A stretch of DNA of 64,000 nucleotides from Schizochytrium sp. TIO01 (taxonomy: Eukaryota > Protista > Bigyra: Labyrinthulomycetes): the NCBI GenBank assembly GCA_004764695.1, contig SMSO01000006.1, positions 759,859-823,858 of the forward strand. The letters run 5' to 3'. Both the position numbers and the translations under genes were made by a program. The stretch's first letter is position 1; every line of letters starts with the position of its first letter. The notes under the pieces were generated by a model that saw only the letters and a program-made list of their open reading frames with translations, was not told where the DNA came from and ran no database searches. Shown piece after piece: positions 33,649-45,100 of this stretch.

Positions 33649-35049
33649 ATGGCTGCCTCCGGCGGTCTGTGCACACCGCTACTCGCGGCGTCCCGATCTT
33701 CCTCGGGGATGCCACCTGCTCCGGCCTCGACCTCCCTTGTGGCTCGCGGCCCCCGCCTTGACGACGCCCACGGTCGGCGGTCTATGAGCACCATTAACGA
33801 CTACAAAAAAGGCCTTCAAAACGACTCTCAAAATGCCAACGTCGATGACTGTGTAAATCATAATATTGATGACCTCCGAGTCAGCCAGCAAAATCAAAGC
33901 CAAACCCGCAATACCAACCACGACTCCGAACAAGTGGTGTTCACGGAGACCCTTGTGCAGCCAACCCCTGCGCCAGAAGTTGTAGTCGTGGTTTCGGGCC
34001 CCAGCGACGTTCCGGAGGGCGTGTACATAAGCGAGTCGGGCTCTAGGAGACCCAGTGGACGACGGGTAACATTTGCAGAGGCTGCGGGGTCTTATTATAC
34101 TCCTCTGCTCGACGAAAGCGACCTTGGTTCACGAGTGAGTGTGCCAATCAACGTAGAACGCAGACTTAGCCAGGGATGGTGGAGACCGCCCCCGGCGGGC
34201 CCAAGCCGCGGATCGACTGCCTGGCGACAGCATAACCTTGGAGGCTCGAGTATAGATTCTCACGGGATGTTCCGTCATGGAGGTGGCTATGGATATCATT
34301 ATGGACAGGGTTATCATCATCAGCATGGCAAGAAAGGTCACGGGTATGGAAGCCTGATATGTACTTCCTTCGTGGTATTTCTTGTGCTGCTTGCATCATG
34401 CATGGCAGCTCTGAGGCTTTTGGAACTTGGGTTCTTCTCGCCCAATACCTCCGACCTGCCCTGGGTCGCCAATGGTACCGCCAGGGAACGCAAAACTGGG
34501 ATTAAGTTCCCGCTTAATACTGTGCCTCCAGGGCTCGATGATACTTACGTCCTCCTGGGGCTCAATCTTAGACCCGCTCCGAATGGGACCTGGAGCGAGA
34601 TTTTGGGGCTCTACGTGGGGAATCATACTGCCGAGTTCGCGCATTGGAGAGATCTCGCAGATGCCCATAAAGACCTCGAGTTACAACACGCCATGGTAGA
34701 CTCTGGCGTGCCGCTGAGCCTGCGTATGGTTCTGCTCAGCGACCAGTCTGGAGACGAGGTTGCCAACCTTTTCGCTACAGAGGTTGCACCAGTGCTTCAG
34801 ACCTTGTATCAACCTTCTGAGGCTGATGCCCTTGCCACTGATCTTCGGACCCTGGAGGGCTGGTTTCCTCCGGTTCTTCATAAACATCAGGTTATATGGT
34901 GGCACTGGGATCATCAGGCGGTCCGCGTCTTTCTAGACGACATCTCGGAATATCCATTTGGATCTTCGACGCTGGGCTATGCACTTTTTCAAAGTCAGCT
35001 CAACTTGCACGGTGGATCGCTCACCTCACTTGTACATTTCCTTTTATAA
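33649..35049 (+). CDS. Single-pass membrane protein with a C-terminal chalcone-isomerase-like (CHI-fold) domain
   Basis: TM segment SLICTSFVVFLVLLASCMAAL followed by ERKTGIKFP...YVLLGLNLR...ILGLYVG...PLSLRMVLL, the pattern of CHI-like/fatty-acid-binding proteins; start codon uncertain (33649 or 33784). Confidence 0.65.
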   Translation: MAASGGLCTPLLAASRSSSGMPPAPASTSLVARGPRLDDAHGRRSMSTINDYKKGLQNDSQNANVDDCVNHNIDDLRVSQQNQSQTRNTNHDSEQVVFTETLVQPTPAPEVVVVVSGPSDVPEGVYISESGSRRPSGRRVTFAEAAGSYYTPLLDESDLGSRVSVPINVERRLSQGWWRPPPAGPSRGSTAWRQHNLGGSSIDSHGMFRHGGGYGYHYGQGYHHQHGKKGHGYGSLICTSFVVFLVLLASCMAALRLLELGFFSPNTSDLPWVANGTARERKTGIKFPLNTVPPGLDDTYVLLGLNLRPAPNGTWSEILGLYVGNHTAEFAHWRDLADAHKDLELQHAMVDSGVPLSLRMVLLSDQSGDEVANLFATEVAPVLQTLYQPSEADALATDLRTLEGWFPPVLHKHQVIWWHWDHQAVRVFLDDISEYPFGSSTLGYALFQSQLNLHGGSLTSLVHFLL

Positions 35050-36051
35050 ATAGTTCCCTTCACAAGATCTCTTCTGTTGCGCTTTGCTTGCTGCTGAAAT
35101 ATTTCCACGAATGAATTCTAGGGCAAGTCGCGTATTCCTAATTTGTATATTTTCCACATAAGCCTTACAAACTTAACTCAAACCATTCTTTCTCTAAATT
35201 TTTGAAATCTTTGCTCCATCACTTTAGGTATTCTTTCTGTGTCGATCTCGACCAAGATGCCATATCCATTGAACTAATGGAAGGTCCTGCACAACGCCCT
35301 TCTTGAAGTTATGAACCGCTTTGGTCATATGAAACCTGAGCGATTTATTTTCTGAAGGAATAATTGTCCACCTGAAGATGGACATATTTCACTGTGGTAT
35401 TATCCCCGGCTTTCAAAGTGTAATCCATGTATCCAAACGGATGCACACTCTTTTGGACAAACGGTTCGCCTTTTGTACTAAGCTCGGAGGCTTCTCAGAC
35501 TTGAGCCGCTCCTGGATTGAAGAACCTAACATTTATGGCATGGCATTTGGAAATGCTTGACTGCATTGATTTCGTTTAAAATAAAGATTGTCCATACAGC
35601 TTACATAGTATTTATACTTTGAAGAAAAAAGTTAGCAGTTGTAGTTGCATTCTCTGGCATCAAATGGAGATCTAAATACTTTTCTGTTATGGTCCTGGGT
35701 ACGGCAATCTTATAATCGCTGTAGGCATGATACCTGCCGATTGTATTGACACAAATAGTAAAACATAGTGCCTCAGATTACTTTTTCATTATTACACTTG
35801 CACACATGACCTCCAAGCTTCCTCCATTGTGTGCTGCTCTTCAATCGATTACCTCTACCCCCAAAGCCCAAACGATTAAATACACGGAACTAAACAAAAA
35901 TCTGATTTTATACCTACTCAGAAAGGAAAACAAGAAACAATCTGAGAAAAAAAGAAAAAACAACAAAACAGAAAAGAATGATTCGTGGACACATTGAGAA
36001 AGAAAAATTAACCAATGCCCAATCGAGGATTTTCAAATTAAACGTCTCGAG

Positions 36052-37518
36052 ATGGAGCAAAGCTCAGGGAGCTCTGGCGTTTATGTGGCGTCAATAGCTC
36101 CTTCCGATAGTATTGCTAGCTCGACTGTAGGTCCAAGCGGTTCAGAACCTTCATCTTCATCACTCGTGCAGAGTGTGGCATTTCAGGATGGCGCTCAGGT
36201 GGAGCAGGAAAGCCCCATGTACGAGATGTACCGCGCTCGCAACGGGCGACTTTACTTTCATAATCGGGAAAGTGGCCAAACATGCTGGGACGAACCACCC
36301 CCTGGAGCACGCTCGACAAATATGCCGGTAAATGATATCTCGAGTTGGCAATCATATCGAAGCGATTCTAATTCTGGAAAGGCGGCAAAGGTGTACTTCG
36401 TGAACTCTCAAACTGGCGAAACGACATGGCATACGCCACCTGATTGCGGAGGGAAGTTGCCTACAAATGATGCCAAGGCCTGGCTTGAATATAAAGACAG
36501 TGATCGAAATCGCAAGTATTACTTCAACAAGATGTCGCACGAGAAGACATGGTACCGACCACCAGAATTAGGGCTTGATCCGGACGGGGAAGTGCCGTTG
36601 GATGAATACCTAACAGAACTCCGCGAGCAAGAAGAGCGTGAAAGAGAGGACATTAACCTCGTTGATGATGATGGCGACGAATTCGTCATCCCAGAAGGCT
36701 TCGATGATGAATATGATGATGAATATGAGGACGACGAGGATGACTATGACTTGGGAGATGATCAAGATGTCCAGACCGGAGCCGGGGTCGACAATCATGC
36801 GGATGAACACGGGTCATACAATGCAACACTTTCAAATGCTCAGAAAGATGAAGACATACATCTGGAAACGACTGCTAAAGAGAATGACGATTCTTTTGGG
36901 GCAAAAAATCAGGCACAAGGTGAAGCTGATGATGATGACAAAGACTACGAAGAGGAAATTGCCCGCGAGAGACAGCTCGAAGTAGCTCGTGAAATTGAGC
37001 TAGAAGGGGCGCGCAACGCATATCTCGGCAAACAGCGAAAGCTTTTCCGTGATGACTATATCAAGATGCTAGAAGAAAAGGGGATCCAACCATACTCCCA
37101 ATGGGAAAACTGGATTCCAAAATTAGAACTTGATGATCGATTTAATCGAGTTGATATTGAAGACCGTTCCCGACTTTTCAACGAGTATCGAATTGGTCTT
37201 ATTGGACAAGAAGTGAAAACACGTAAGATTCGAGCCCGCCGATGCTTACGGTATTTCAAAAGACTGAAGCAGCGAACTCCTCGCATTTATAAAGCTCTTA
37301 TTTCTACCTGTAGCAAACTTTCAAACTCAGGCAGTGCTGAAAATGCTGTTAATTTACTTCAAAAAATCGCTTTGGGTCAAGAAAAGAGCGATGAAAAAGA
37401 TATTTCCCGCGACCTCGACGAGCTAGAACGAAAAGTAGCCCGCAAAACAGCTCAAGCCCTTTCAATTTTACCTCGACAAGATCAAAAGGCAGTTATCTTT
37501 GCTGTTCTCAAATTTTAA
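36052..37518 (+). CDS. WW x3 + FF domain protein (PRP40/TCERG1-like)
   Basis: YFHNRESGQTCWDEPP, YFVNSQTGETTWHTPP, YYFNKMSHEKTWYRPP; FF-like YIKMLEEKGIQPYSQWENWIPKLELDDRF...RSRLFNEY. Confidence 0.85.
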   Translation: MEQSSGSSGVYVASIAPSDSIASSTVGPSGSEPSSSSLVQSVAFQDGAQVEQESPMYEMYRARNGRLYFHNRESGQTCWDEPPPGARSTNMPVNDISSWQSYRSDSNSGKAAKVYFVNSQTGETTWHTPPDCGGKLPTNDAKAWLEYKDSDRNRKYYFNKMSHEKTWYRPPELGLDPDGEVPLDEYLTELREQEEREREDINLVDDDGDEFVIPEGFDDEYDDEYEDDEDDYDLGDDQDVQTGAGVDNHADEHGSYNATLSNAQKDEDIHLETTAKENDDSFGAKNQAQGEADDDDKDYEEEIARERQLEVAREIELEGARNAYLGKQRKLFRDDYIKMLEEKGIQPYSQWENWIPKLELDDRFNRVDIEDRSRLFNEYRIGLIGQEVKTRKIRARRCLRYFKRLKQRTPRIYKALISTCSKLSNSGSAENAVNLLQKIALGQEKSDEKDISRDLDELERKVARKTAQALSILPRQDQKAVIFAVLKF

Positions 37519-39048
37519 CTCGAATCACCATGATGCAGTACCCATTCCAACGAAGCATGGTGGATCTCAGTTCCTTGAAGGTGATCCAGTGTTTTGGTGA
37601 CTGCCCTTTTCGTGACGTGAGAATTTCCTGAGTACCATCAGCTTTTACTCGCAAAGCATAGATCGGTGCGTAATGATTTTTTAGATGAATCACCAAGGCC
37701 GTACCATTATGATTTGCAACTTGGCGCGTAAAGTGAGTTACTAATGTTGACCATTGCAGATCAATTTGGTCTGCCTTATCTTTCACAGATATACGCATCT
37801 TACACATGAGTGACTTCCCAAGTAGCTGGAAGCACTCAAGCCCCTCTTTGAATTCTGTGCTATGCTCTGCTGAGATAATTGCAGTTGTACCCTGTTTTGT
37901 TATTATGATTTTAAATAAAAGAAAACAGAATAAGTCATTCCATGTTTACAAAAGAAAGTTAGACGGAAAGAAGAAAAATAGAACGAATGGGAAATCAAAC
38001 TCATCCATTCATGTTAGTGTCGGCCTTCCAATAACTAACTGAGCTTTAAAACTCATAATCCTCGAATTGAAGAGTAATTTATCGATGGCATCTGACTCTT
38101 CTTTACATGTTCTGCATAATGAAATACAATTCAGCAGAAAATTTAACCTACTTTGAAACCCCAGTTACCAATACAGCCGGTACTTGGCTTAATCGAGTCT
38201 GATAGCCGCCGAAGACCACGGCATTTACGAATCCAATTCTTCAAATCTTTTTCATAGTTCCACGACATAATAAAATTGCCATCTCCCCCGAGCTGGCTTA
38301 TATCATCAGTACTCCCTTCTCCTTCAACTGCCTCATTTCCAGTGGCATCTTCGTCCTCCTCGTCATCGAAATCTTGAGATCCCTCAGTACGACCTGTCGA
38401 AGGGTCTATAATGTGTTGGGATAATAGTTCTTGCAATTTAATTTCGGTCTGAGAAGGGTTTTCTAGACATAATACGTGCTCCCGAAGGTCGCTGAGCGTA
38501 TCGATTACATTGTTTTCCATCGTCTGACGTAAGTCCTCAAGATTGCAGCCTGGACCTAAAAATCGTTCTATCCTGCCTTGGACTCGATTTACACGCTCAA
38601 GCATTTGCTCGGCAAGTATGTCGAGTACCTTGGATTGTGTCCATCTCGCATCGCCTTCGAGGCCCCGCACTACATTAATGCAGCTTGCCATGCATGCAGC
38701 TGCACATGCTGGCGAAGTTTGCTCAACAAACCCTAAGAATAAGGCTTCGTTCACAGCAAACAATACGAGGCCATCACTTGATACAAGCCCACTTCCTGGT
38801 GCCGAAGACGAAGATGAAGCTATAGTAGAAGAACTTTTTGCATTATCAGAATCTGGCATTGTACCCATATGCGATTCTCCCGAAGACATCACTTTGCGCA
38901 AAACAAGCTCACGAACGCGACCGTGGGTAGGTCGTACGCGGACAAGTTCTGCAAGGACATCTTCGAGGATGCCTCGAGCGTTACCAGCCATCCAAGCTGC
39001 ACTTTCTTGCCGGAGCTCCTGAATTTTCCGCGGAGATGCGGTGCTCAT
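37508..39048 (-). CDS. BIVM-like / papain-fold (peptidase C39-like) protein; exons 39048-38152 and 37891-37508
   Basis: GTAGGT donor at 38151 and AACAG acceptor at 37892 join ORFs 38143..39135 and 37508..37807 in frame; motifs EQTSPACAAACMASCIN, PSTGCIGNWG, IHLKNHYAPIYA. Confidence 0.75.
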
Positions 39049-39724
39049 CGGCGGTAGCTTCGAGTCAAAGTTCTGAATCGATTGTTTCGCAGAAGTGTAT
39101 TGACCTTGTGCGTTTTGCTTTACGTTTTGCTTCAATGTTGGAAAAAATAAAGAAAACGAAAACGAAGTCGAAAAAGAGTAAAACAGGAACAGTTTATGTA
39201 TTTGTTATAGTATGCGTTGGATGAGGGGCTTTTGACTTGAGTTATCGCGCTTCCCCTCCCCGGTAGATGCAATACCTGGAGACACGTGGTGAGATATGTG
39301 GCTGGAAAATGCAAGGGTTGGGTGCGCGCACGATAAATTTGCCCAGAAAATCACCTATATTTGTCGAGGTTGCATGTTTTCATATGGAACTTTGCTCAGG
39401 AAGCCACAGTAATCAAGTTTCTAAGATTTCGTATCCTACGAATAGGTGGTCGACCTGCTAGATGTACAACCAGTTTCTCACTCACCCAAAGCTCTGCGTA
39501 AAACTTTAAACCACAGCATTGCTCCTGATGGAGAATTCTATTTTATTATTTATTTTTATACAAAAAAAAGAAAAGAAAGAAAATGGAAAATCTAATACAA
39601 AGGAAAAAACGGAAGATGAGCATATAATTTCAATTGGTATACTGGAAGGGCAATCCCAATTAGGCAAGATCAAAACCTATACCTTTTCAAGATGGCAGCA
39701 TAACACACTTCCAGGGACACACTA

Positions 39725-41048
39725 TTAATAATCTTGTTCAGAGGAAGCGATCCAACTTCGTGCTCGAGGATTATGTGGGTCGAGCCGGAGGGCGTTTTTA
39801 AAGTCTGCGATGGCTTCATCAGTTTGCCTGCTGCATATTCTAGCCAACCCTCTGTTCGCGTAATATTCAGCAACGTGATGGTGTGATAATTCAATTGCAT
39901 CTGTAAAAAGGGCTTCAGCTTCGAGAAATTTTCCTCGATTAAACAATTCTTGCCCTTTGTAATACCGAAGCAGCGCAATTCGCGTTCCTACAGACGCGTT
40001 AACGGGATCTAGCTCTATTGCTTTGTTGTAGTCAGCTTCTGCTTTGGTATAGTCTTGACAAAGTCGGTAGCAATCACCTCGATTGCGGTACATAATTCCA
40101 TTTTGGGAATTTAAATCTATGGCCTTGGTAAGTTCTGAAAGAGCCTCTTTTACATTTCCTCCATCACTAACAGTCTTTGCAGCATGATCATTGTACACTA
40201 ATGCGCGAAGAGCCCGGGCTTGAGATACACCCTGTATTGATTGGCGTTTCGAAAATAGTTCAGCTTGCTCAGAGTATTGTGCTGCCAGATCAAGTTTTCC
40301 TAACTGACGAGCAGCTGTAGATGCTTGTAAAAGAAGCTGTACATTACTTGGCGTAGTCCTTAAAGCCTGCTGTAGTTTCTCCAGTGCTAATTTGAAATCT
40401 CCATTGAGCATACATTGAGGAACAGAGCTGTTGCCAGGATCTGAAGTAACTGTAAGGGCGTGCTCAAACTTGGAGATCTCTGGGTGGAATCCTCTACACA
40501 ATCGTTTCGCCTTTTTAATATCAGCCACTGCCTTTTCTTGATATTGCATAGTCCAATATATCTTTGCTCTCAAAATATACAATTCTCCATTATCAGGGTC
40601 AAAACGAAGTGCCTCGTTAAGATCTCCCCAGTGCTCCATTGATGTTGCCACCTTGCAAATAAGCTAGTGCCCGATGTATCCAGTACGGCGCCTGCCGTTT
40701 TTCGATACTCAATGTTTCGTCAAAGCAAGAGCGCGCTCGCTCCAGGGCACCCTCCTCGAGCAATACACAACCATATGCATCAAGAACCATTGCAAACCTT
40801 TTTCGATGTTCGCTATTCTCTGAATTAAGTTGGTAAATTTTTCGAAGGACCACTGCTGCGCTGGCAAGATCCCCGAGACCAATTAAGATATCAGCGCGTG
40901 CTTCCAGTGTGTCAATTCGTTCCGGGGAAAGATATGAGGCCTTGGCCAACAGCGCGAGTGCTCGCTCTGGCTCACAGCAATTTGCACCATGACCAAGGTC
41001 TAATGCCTCCGCGATGAGATGATCGACGCGGTCATGCAAATCTTGCAT
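39725..41048 (-). CDS. TTC16: TPR protein, TTC16-like, with a one-base frameshift at 40626-40629
   Basis: Joined sequence follows the remembered TTC16 pattern (RADILIGLGDLASA, LYILRAKIY, LVYNDHA, YRNRGDCY...AEADYNKAIELDP..GTRIALL); removing one G from GGGG restores GALGDLNEALRFDP. Confidence 0.75.
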
Positions 41049-41471
41049 GGCGCTTCGCCTATAATGACTTAAACTGGAGCGCGTTTATAAAAACCTCCTG
41101 TAAACACGCATTTGCTACGCATTTGCGAAACTCAGCGACGCTTTGAAAAACATGTTCTCTACCTGAAGAGTGCATCAGGTGATCGCATAATTCATTTCAC
41201 GAACCCGACCTTTTACTTTAAAAAATAGAATTGAGAGTAAAATTTGAAAATAAAATTAATTAACTTTACAACGGATCTCTGAAGGCCTTTTGGCTCTTTT
41301 TATTTTATTTTTAATCAGAATCATAGCATCAATGCACTACTCGTATAGCTAAATGGCTGACCACCAGGGTCCTGCTTAACATCTAGATTAATTTAGCTTC
41401 TGACCAAGTCCCTTGCCACAATCAAACCCCTCAAACATCTCCAACTCAGCTCACTCCCTATTTTTGAGCTG

Positions 41472-42753
41472 ATGGCCAGCTCAAACGAAGATGCCTCCGA
41501 GAGTACGAACCGAGAAGAGAGCTACGCTAAGAAGGAGGTTCTCAAGGTTTTAAAGCAGCAGCGAACTCGAGCTGTGTTAAGGAAAACAAGCTTCAAGTAC
41601 CTTGCCCGCGGAAAAGCGATTCCACAGGAAGGTGAAGTTGAGGATTGGCTATTCTGTAAGTGCTGGTTTTACCTGGAATGACAAACTAGATCGTTGTCCC
41701 GCTCAACTAACAAAGACTTCATATTTCCAACATACAGGGAGACCCGTATGGTCCGCTGCAAAGCGAGGAAGTGCTATTGAGCTCAAACGTCTCATTGAAG
41801 CAGACGAGCGCCTCGTCAACGTCTTGAATCCTCACAATGAAACTGCCCTCCATCTTGCAGCCGAGTATGGCAAGACTACGTGTGTTGCACTTCTTCTTGA
41901 AATGGGTGCAAAATCTACACTTAGCATTTTTGGAGAAACCCCAATTTCACTTGCTGCGAAACATGGCCATGCTGAAATCGTCCGTCTCTTGTGTCGAGAG
42001 AATCAACTCGGCACCTCAGAAGTGCAGGCAGAAATTCTGCTTTCTGCGGCAACCACACGAGGTGACAAAGCCACTGCAGCTGTGTTGCATCGTCACCTAC
42101 ATCCAGAGCTTGACGTACCCCATGAAGAAGACGACCGTGCTAATCTTCCTATACAACTTTTAGAGGAGGAGCGCTTAGAACTGCATGCCCTAAGCGAGGA
42201 GATCAGAGAAACTGCTGTCCTTCGACCACCTGACTTACGCCCACCACTTGGTAAATTAGACGAATGGTCAAGCAATGACCTGGAATATTGGGCTCAAGGC
42301 ATTTTAGGTTTAGAAGCAGCCTCGAGGCAAACACTCTGTGCATTTGCAAGGTATCATATTACTGGCCGTACCCTCTTATTACTCACAACAGGTGAACAAC
42401 GTACTTTATTCCAGCGTATTGGCATTCCAAGCCAGCAGCGCCGCGAGTTGTTGAGTGCGCTAGGGAAGCTTCAAGGTAGACCGAAAATATATAGTTTCAC
42501 GGAAATAAGGTTGTTGCCTTTGGTGTTAGGTAATGCAACTGCATTTAGAATTATTGGGTACGTCAGAGCAGCAATGAGTACACCCTTACACACATGCCGT
42601 CGGTTCGTAGCTACTGCGAAGGAGTTAACGCGACCTGTACCTGAGCCATTTTTGTTTCTTTCCATGCAGAATGAAAAGATACCGAAGGATAAAGAAAATT
42701 CTAACCTTGTTGCCGCGCTAGGATTTGTAGTTTGCCTTGTACCGGACACATAA
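41472..42753 (+). CDS. Ankyrin repeat + SAM domain protein; exons 41472-41655 and 41738-42753
   Basis: 82-nt intron GTAAGT...CTAAC...ACAG keeps frame (DWLFWRPVWSAAKRG); ETALHLAAEYG, GETPISLAAKHGH; SAM-like WSSNDLEYW...FARYHITGRTLLLLT...IGI. Confidence 0.88.
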
Positions 42754-42993
42754 GAGTAACTGCTATGAAGCACTTGATCAATATATGTTTTCTTCTCTGT
42801 ATTTAAATATTAGAATTCGATCTGACGAAAGAACTGTCATATAAGCTATGGCAGTTTACTTTACATGAAGATGGCAACGCAAAAAGATTCATAACATAGT
42901 ATTTATAGGAAAAGAATGAATAAAACCTACCAAAATTATTTTGTATGAAATATATTCATTGTATTCTTAGACCTAATAACTCTGGTATTTAAC

Positions 42994-44514
42994 TCATTTA
43001 ACTAATTTGAATCGCCGAGCTGCAGCCTCTGCGGCACGGCGACGTCGACTTTCAGGGTCTGTGACTTGGTTTGCGCCAGATCCTGTATCTCCCTGATCTG
43101 ACTGAGAGTCTTCTGCTTGATTGTCACTTATCGACCCTGCCGCCTTAGGCTCAAAGGAAAGCGTCCGTGTAGGCTTTGTGCCTGGAAATCCCATTTCGCC
43201 AGATGTATTCTTCAGCATCTTTTCACGAAGTTTATCTTCTTTTTCAAGACTCCTCGCTTTCTTGTCACGATCAACTTGAATCGCTGCTGTGTGGGCCTTG
43301 ATCTTTGATAAATGTCTCTGTAATGTTTCCACAGATGAAGCAGCAAGACCGATAGGCTCCGCTCCCCCAAGAGTTGCATAGTGAGCTCTAATTTTTCCAA
43401 GGAGGTCGTCCTTTTTCCTCTTAATGTTGAGAGCAGCTCGCTGCTCGTCAGTGAGGCGAGAGTTCTTCTCCAGCTCCGTTTGCCGGCGTTTGGCTGCATC
43501 AAGTGCTGCGCCGCGCATATCCTCATCATTTCCGGCTTCGCCGTCGAGCTTCCCCAAGGCTTTTGCTTCGAATTTAACAGGACCTACATTAATTGGACCC
43601 TCGCGACGTGTCTCATCGTGGTAATTTTCTCCTGGGCGTGTCATTTTGAACCCACGCTTAGGCGGTGTGACAGGGCGATTAGCAACTTCGTCAACTGACT
43701 TGGCTGCCGCAATACGAGCCAAGTCTTCAGGATCAATTTCCCAAAGGGGAGCATCAGCATCTTCTAATGAAGGAAGTTCTTCATTAAGTTCCGCTGTGAC
43801 AGCTCCTCGAAGTTTGTTCTTTCGCTTCATTGCTTCATAGATGTCTCTTGCGTAATACTCAATCCTGGACGAGCCAGGCAAGCGTACCTGAAGCTCGGCT
43901 GGCATACCACTTACACAGCATATTGGTATTTCCTCGGCCTCCTTAGTGCTTACATCAGCATGGCTCTCTTCATCTTGCACTTTTGCCTCGAATTTACTTT
44001 CATAGAGATTCTCCTCAACTTCTTCATCCCTGAAACCCTCTCCTTCGTCTTCTCCCACCATACAGTCCTCTTCTTCAGCCAAAGTATAAGCTTCTGGACT
44101 TGTCTTCACCTCCGTTCTTCTGATTGAACTGTTGACTGTTTTCTGAGATGTGTTCAAGGCTTGAATTTCTGGCACCTTTGTTTCTTCTGCTGCTGATGTC
44201 TCTACACAGGGTCTATCTTGATGGCGATTGGAAGGTTCTGACTCCTGCTCTTCGGTGAATGAGATTGACTGTGCGAGATCTCCATAGCAAGATTTTTCCT
44301 CCTCAATAGCGAGAGTATCTCTTGTTTTTGATTCTTCCTCGGTGAGACTACCATCATAGGATTCTAGCTCGCGAGCTGCAAAGTTCAAAATATACTCCAA
44401 CACGTCCTCTGGTTGGTTGATGGCCAGTTCTTGTACAAGTTTGCCTACGACAGGTTCAACCTTGTCTTTCATATATTCGCGCGCCTTGTTCACATCCACC
44501 AACGGAGTTGTCAT
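42994..44514 (-). CDS. Hypothetical protein with an N-terminal Dpy-30/RIIa-like dimerisation-docking motif
   Basis: AREYMKDKVEPVVGKLVQELAINQPEDVLEYILNF; acidic and coiled remainder. Confidence 0.78.
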   Translation of the reverse strand: MTTPLVDVNKAREYMKDKVEPVVGKLVQELAINQPEDVLEYILNFAARELESYDGSLTEEESKTRDTLAIEEEKSCYGDLAQSISFTEEQESEPSNRHQDRPCVETSAAEETKVPEIQALNTSQKTVNSSIRRTEVKTSPEAYTLAEEEDCMVGEDEGEGFRDEEVEENLYESKFEAKVQDEESHADVSTKEAEEIPICCVSGMPAELQVRLPGSSRIEYYARDIYEAMKRKNKLRGAVTAELNEELPSLEDADAPLWEIDPEDLARIAAAKSVDEVANRPVTPPKRGFKMTRPGENYHDETRREGPINVGPVKFEAKALGKLDGEAGNDEDMRGAALDAAKRRQTELEKNSRLTDEQRAALNIKRKKDDLLGKIRAHYATLGGAEPIGLAASSVETLQRHLSKIKAHTAAIQVDRDKKARSLEKEDKLREKMLKNTSGEMGFPGTKPTRTLSFEPKAAGSISDNQAEDSQSDQGDTGSGANQVTDPESRRRRAAEAAARRFKLVK

Positions 44515-45100
44515 GGTAAAGTATTTGGCTAAAGTCGAACTACTTTAATCACGGACGCTTTGCAGCTCTTCGAAATAGGAATTGCTGCTGCTGCTGCCAA
44601 GATTTGCGCAACAAAAACTACGCTTCACACGCGCGCCAGGATCGACACCCCAATAGATAGTAGCTCTGCGCCAACTTTACCTCCTATGTTAAAGCTGCTT
44701 TGTACAACAGCCCATCTGACTGTGAACCCTCTTGAAATAACCTATAGTTGCAAGGTTTCGCCAGTTCTGAATTTGCGACCGTTTCGTTTGTGAGGAGTAC
44801 ACACCTTTGATCGGTAAATCGGAGCTCCCAGTTCCATTTAGAGCTATAAGTAGTTTTGTCTAGGTACTACCTAGTACTAGTTACCTAGACAAAATGTTTC
44901 TGGTTGGTACGTGCATTGAAGTTCAAAATAAATGAACCTGTTGTTTATAGGACATAGATGAGCAAAGAAGAATAAATGACAGAGATAATCTCCACACTGC
45001 GAATATTTTCTTCGCTCTCTCGAATGAGACATTGCCATACTTGTATTTTGTTTTGGCTTTCTCTGTACTAGAGAAACAAAGCAAACAGTAGGCAGCGCTG

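Noticed and set aside
40624-40651. 28-nt GT-AG micro-intron that would repair the TTC16 frame
   Set aside because: Far shorter than other introns here, poor donor (GTGGCA), and it would delete part of a TPR helix.
41602-41737. Apparent frameshift between ORFs 41472..41681 and 41602..42753
   Set aside because: Fully explained by a canonical 82-nt intron with branch point.
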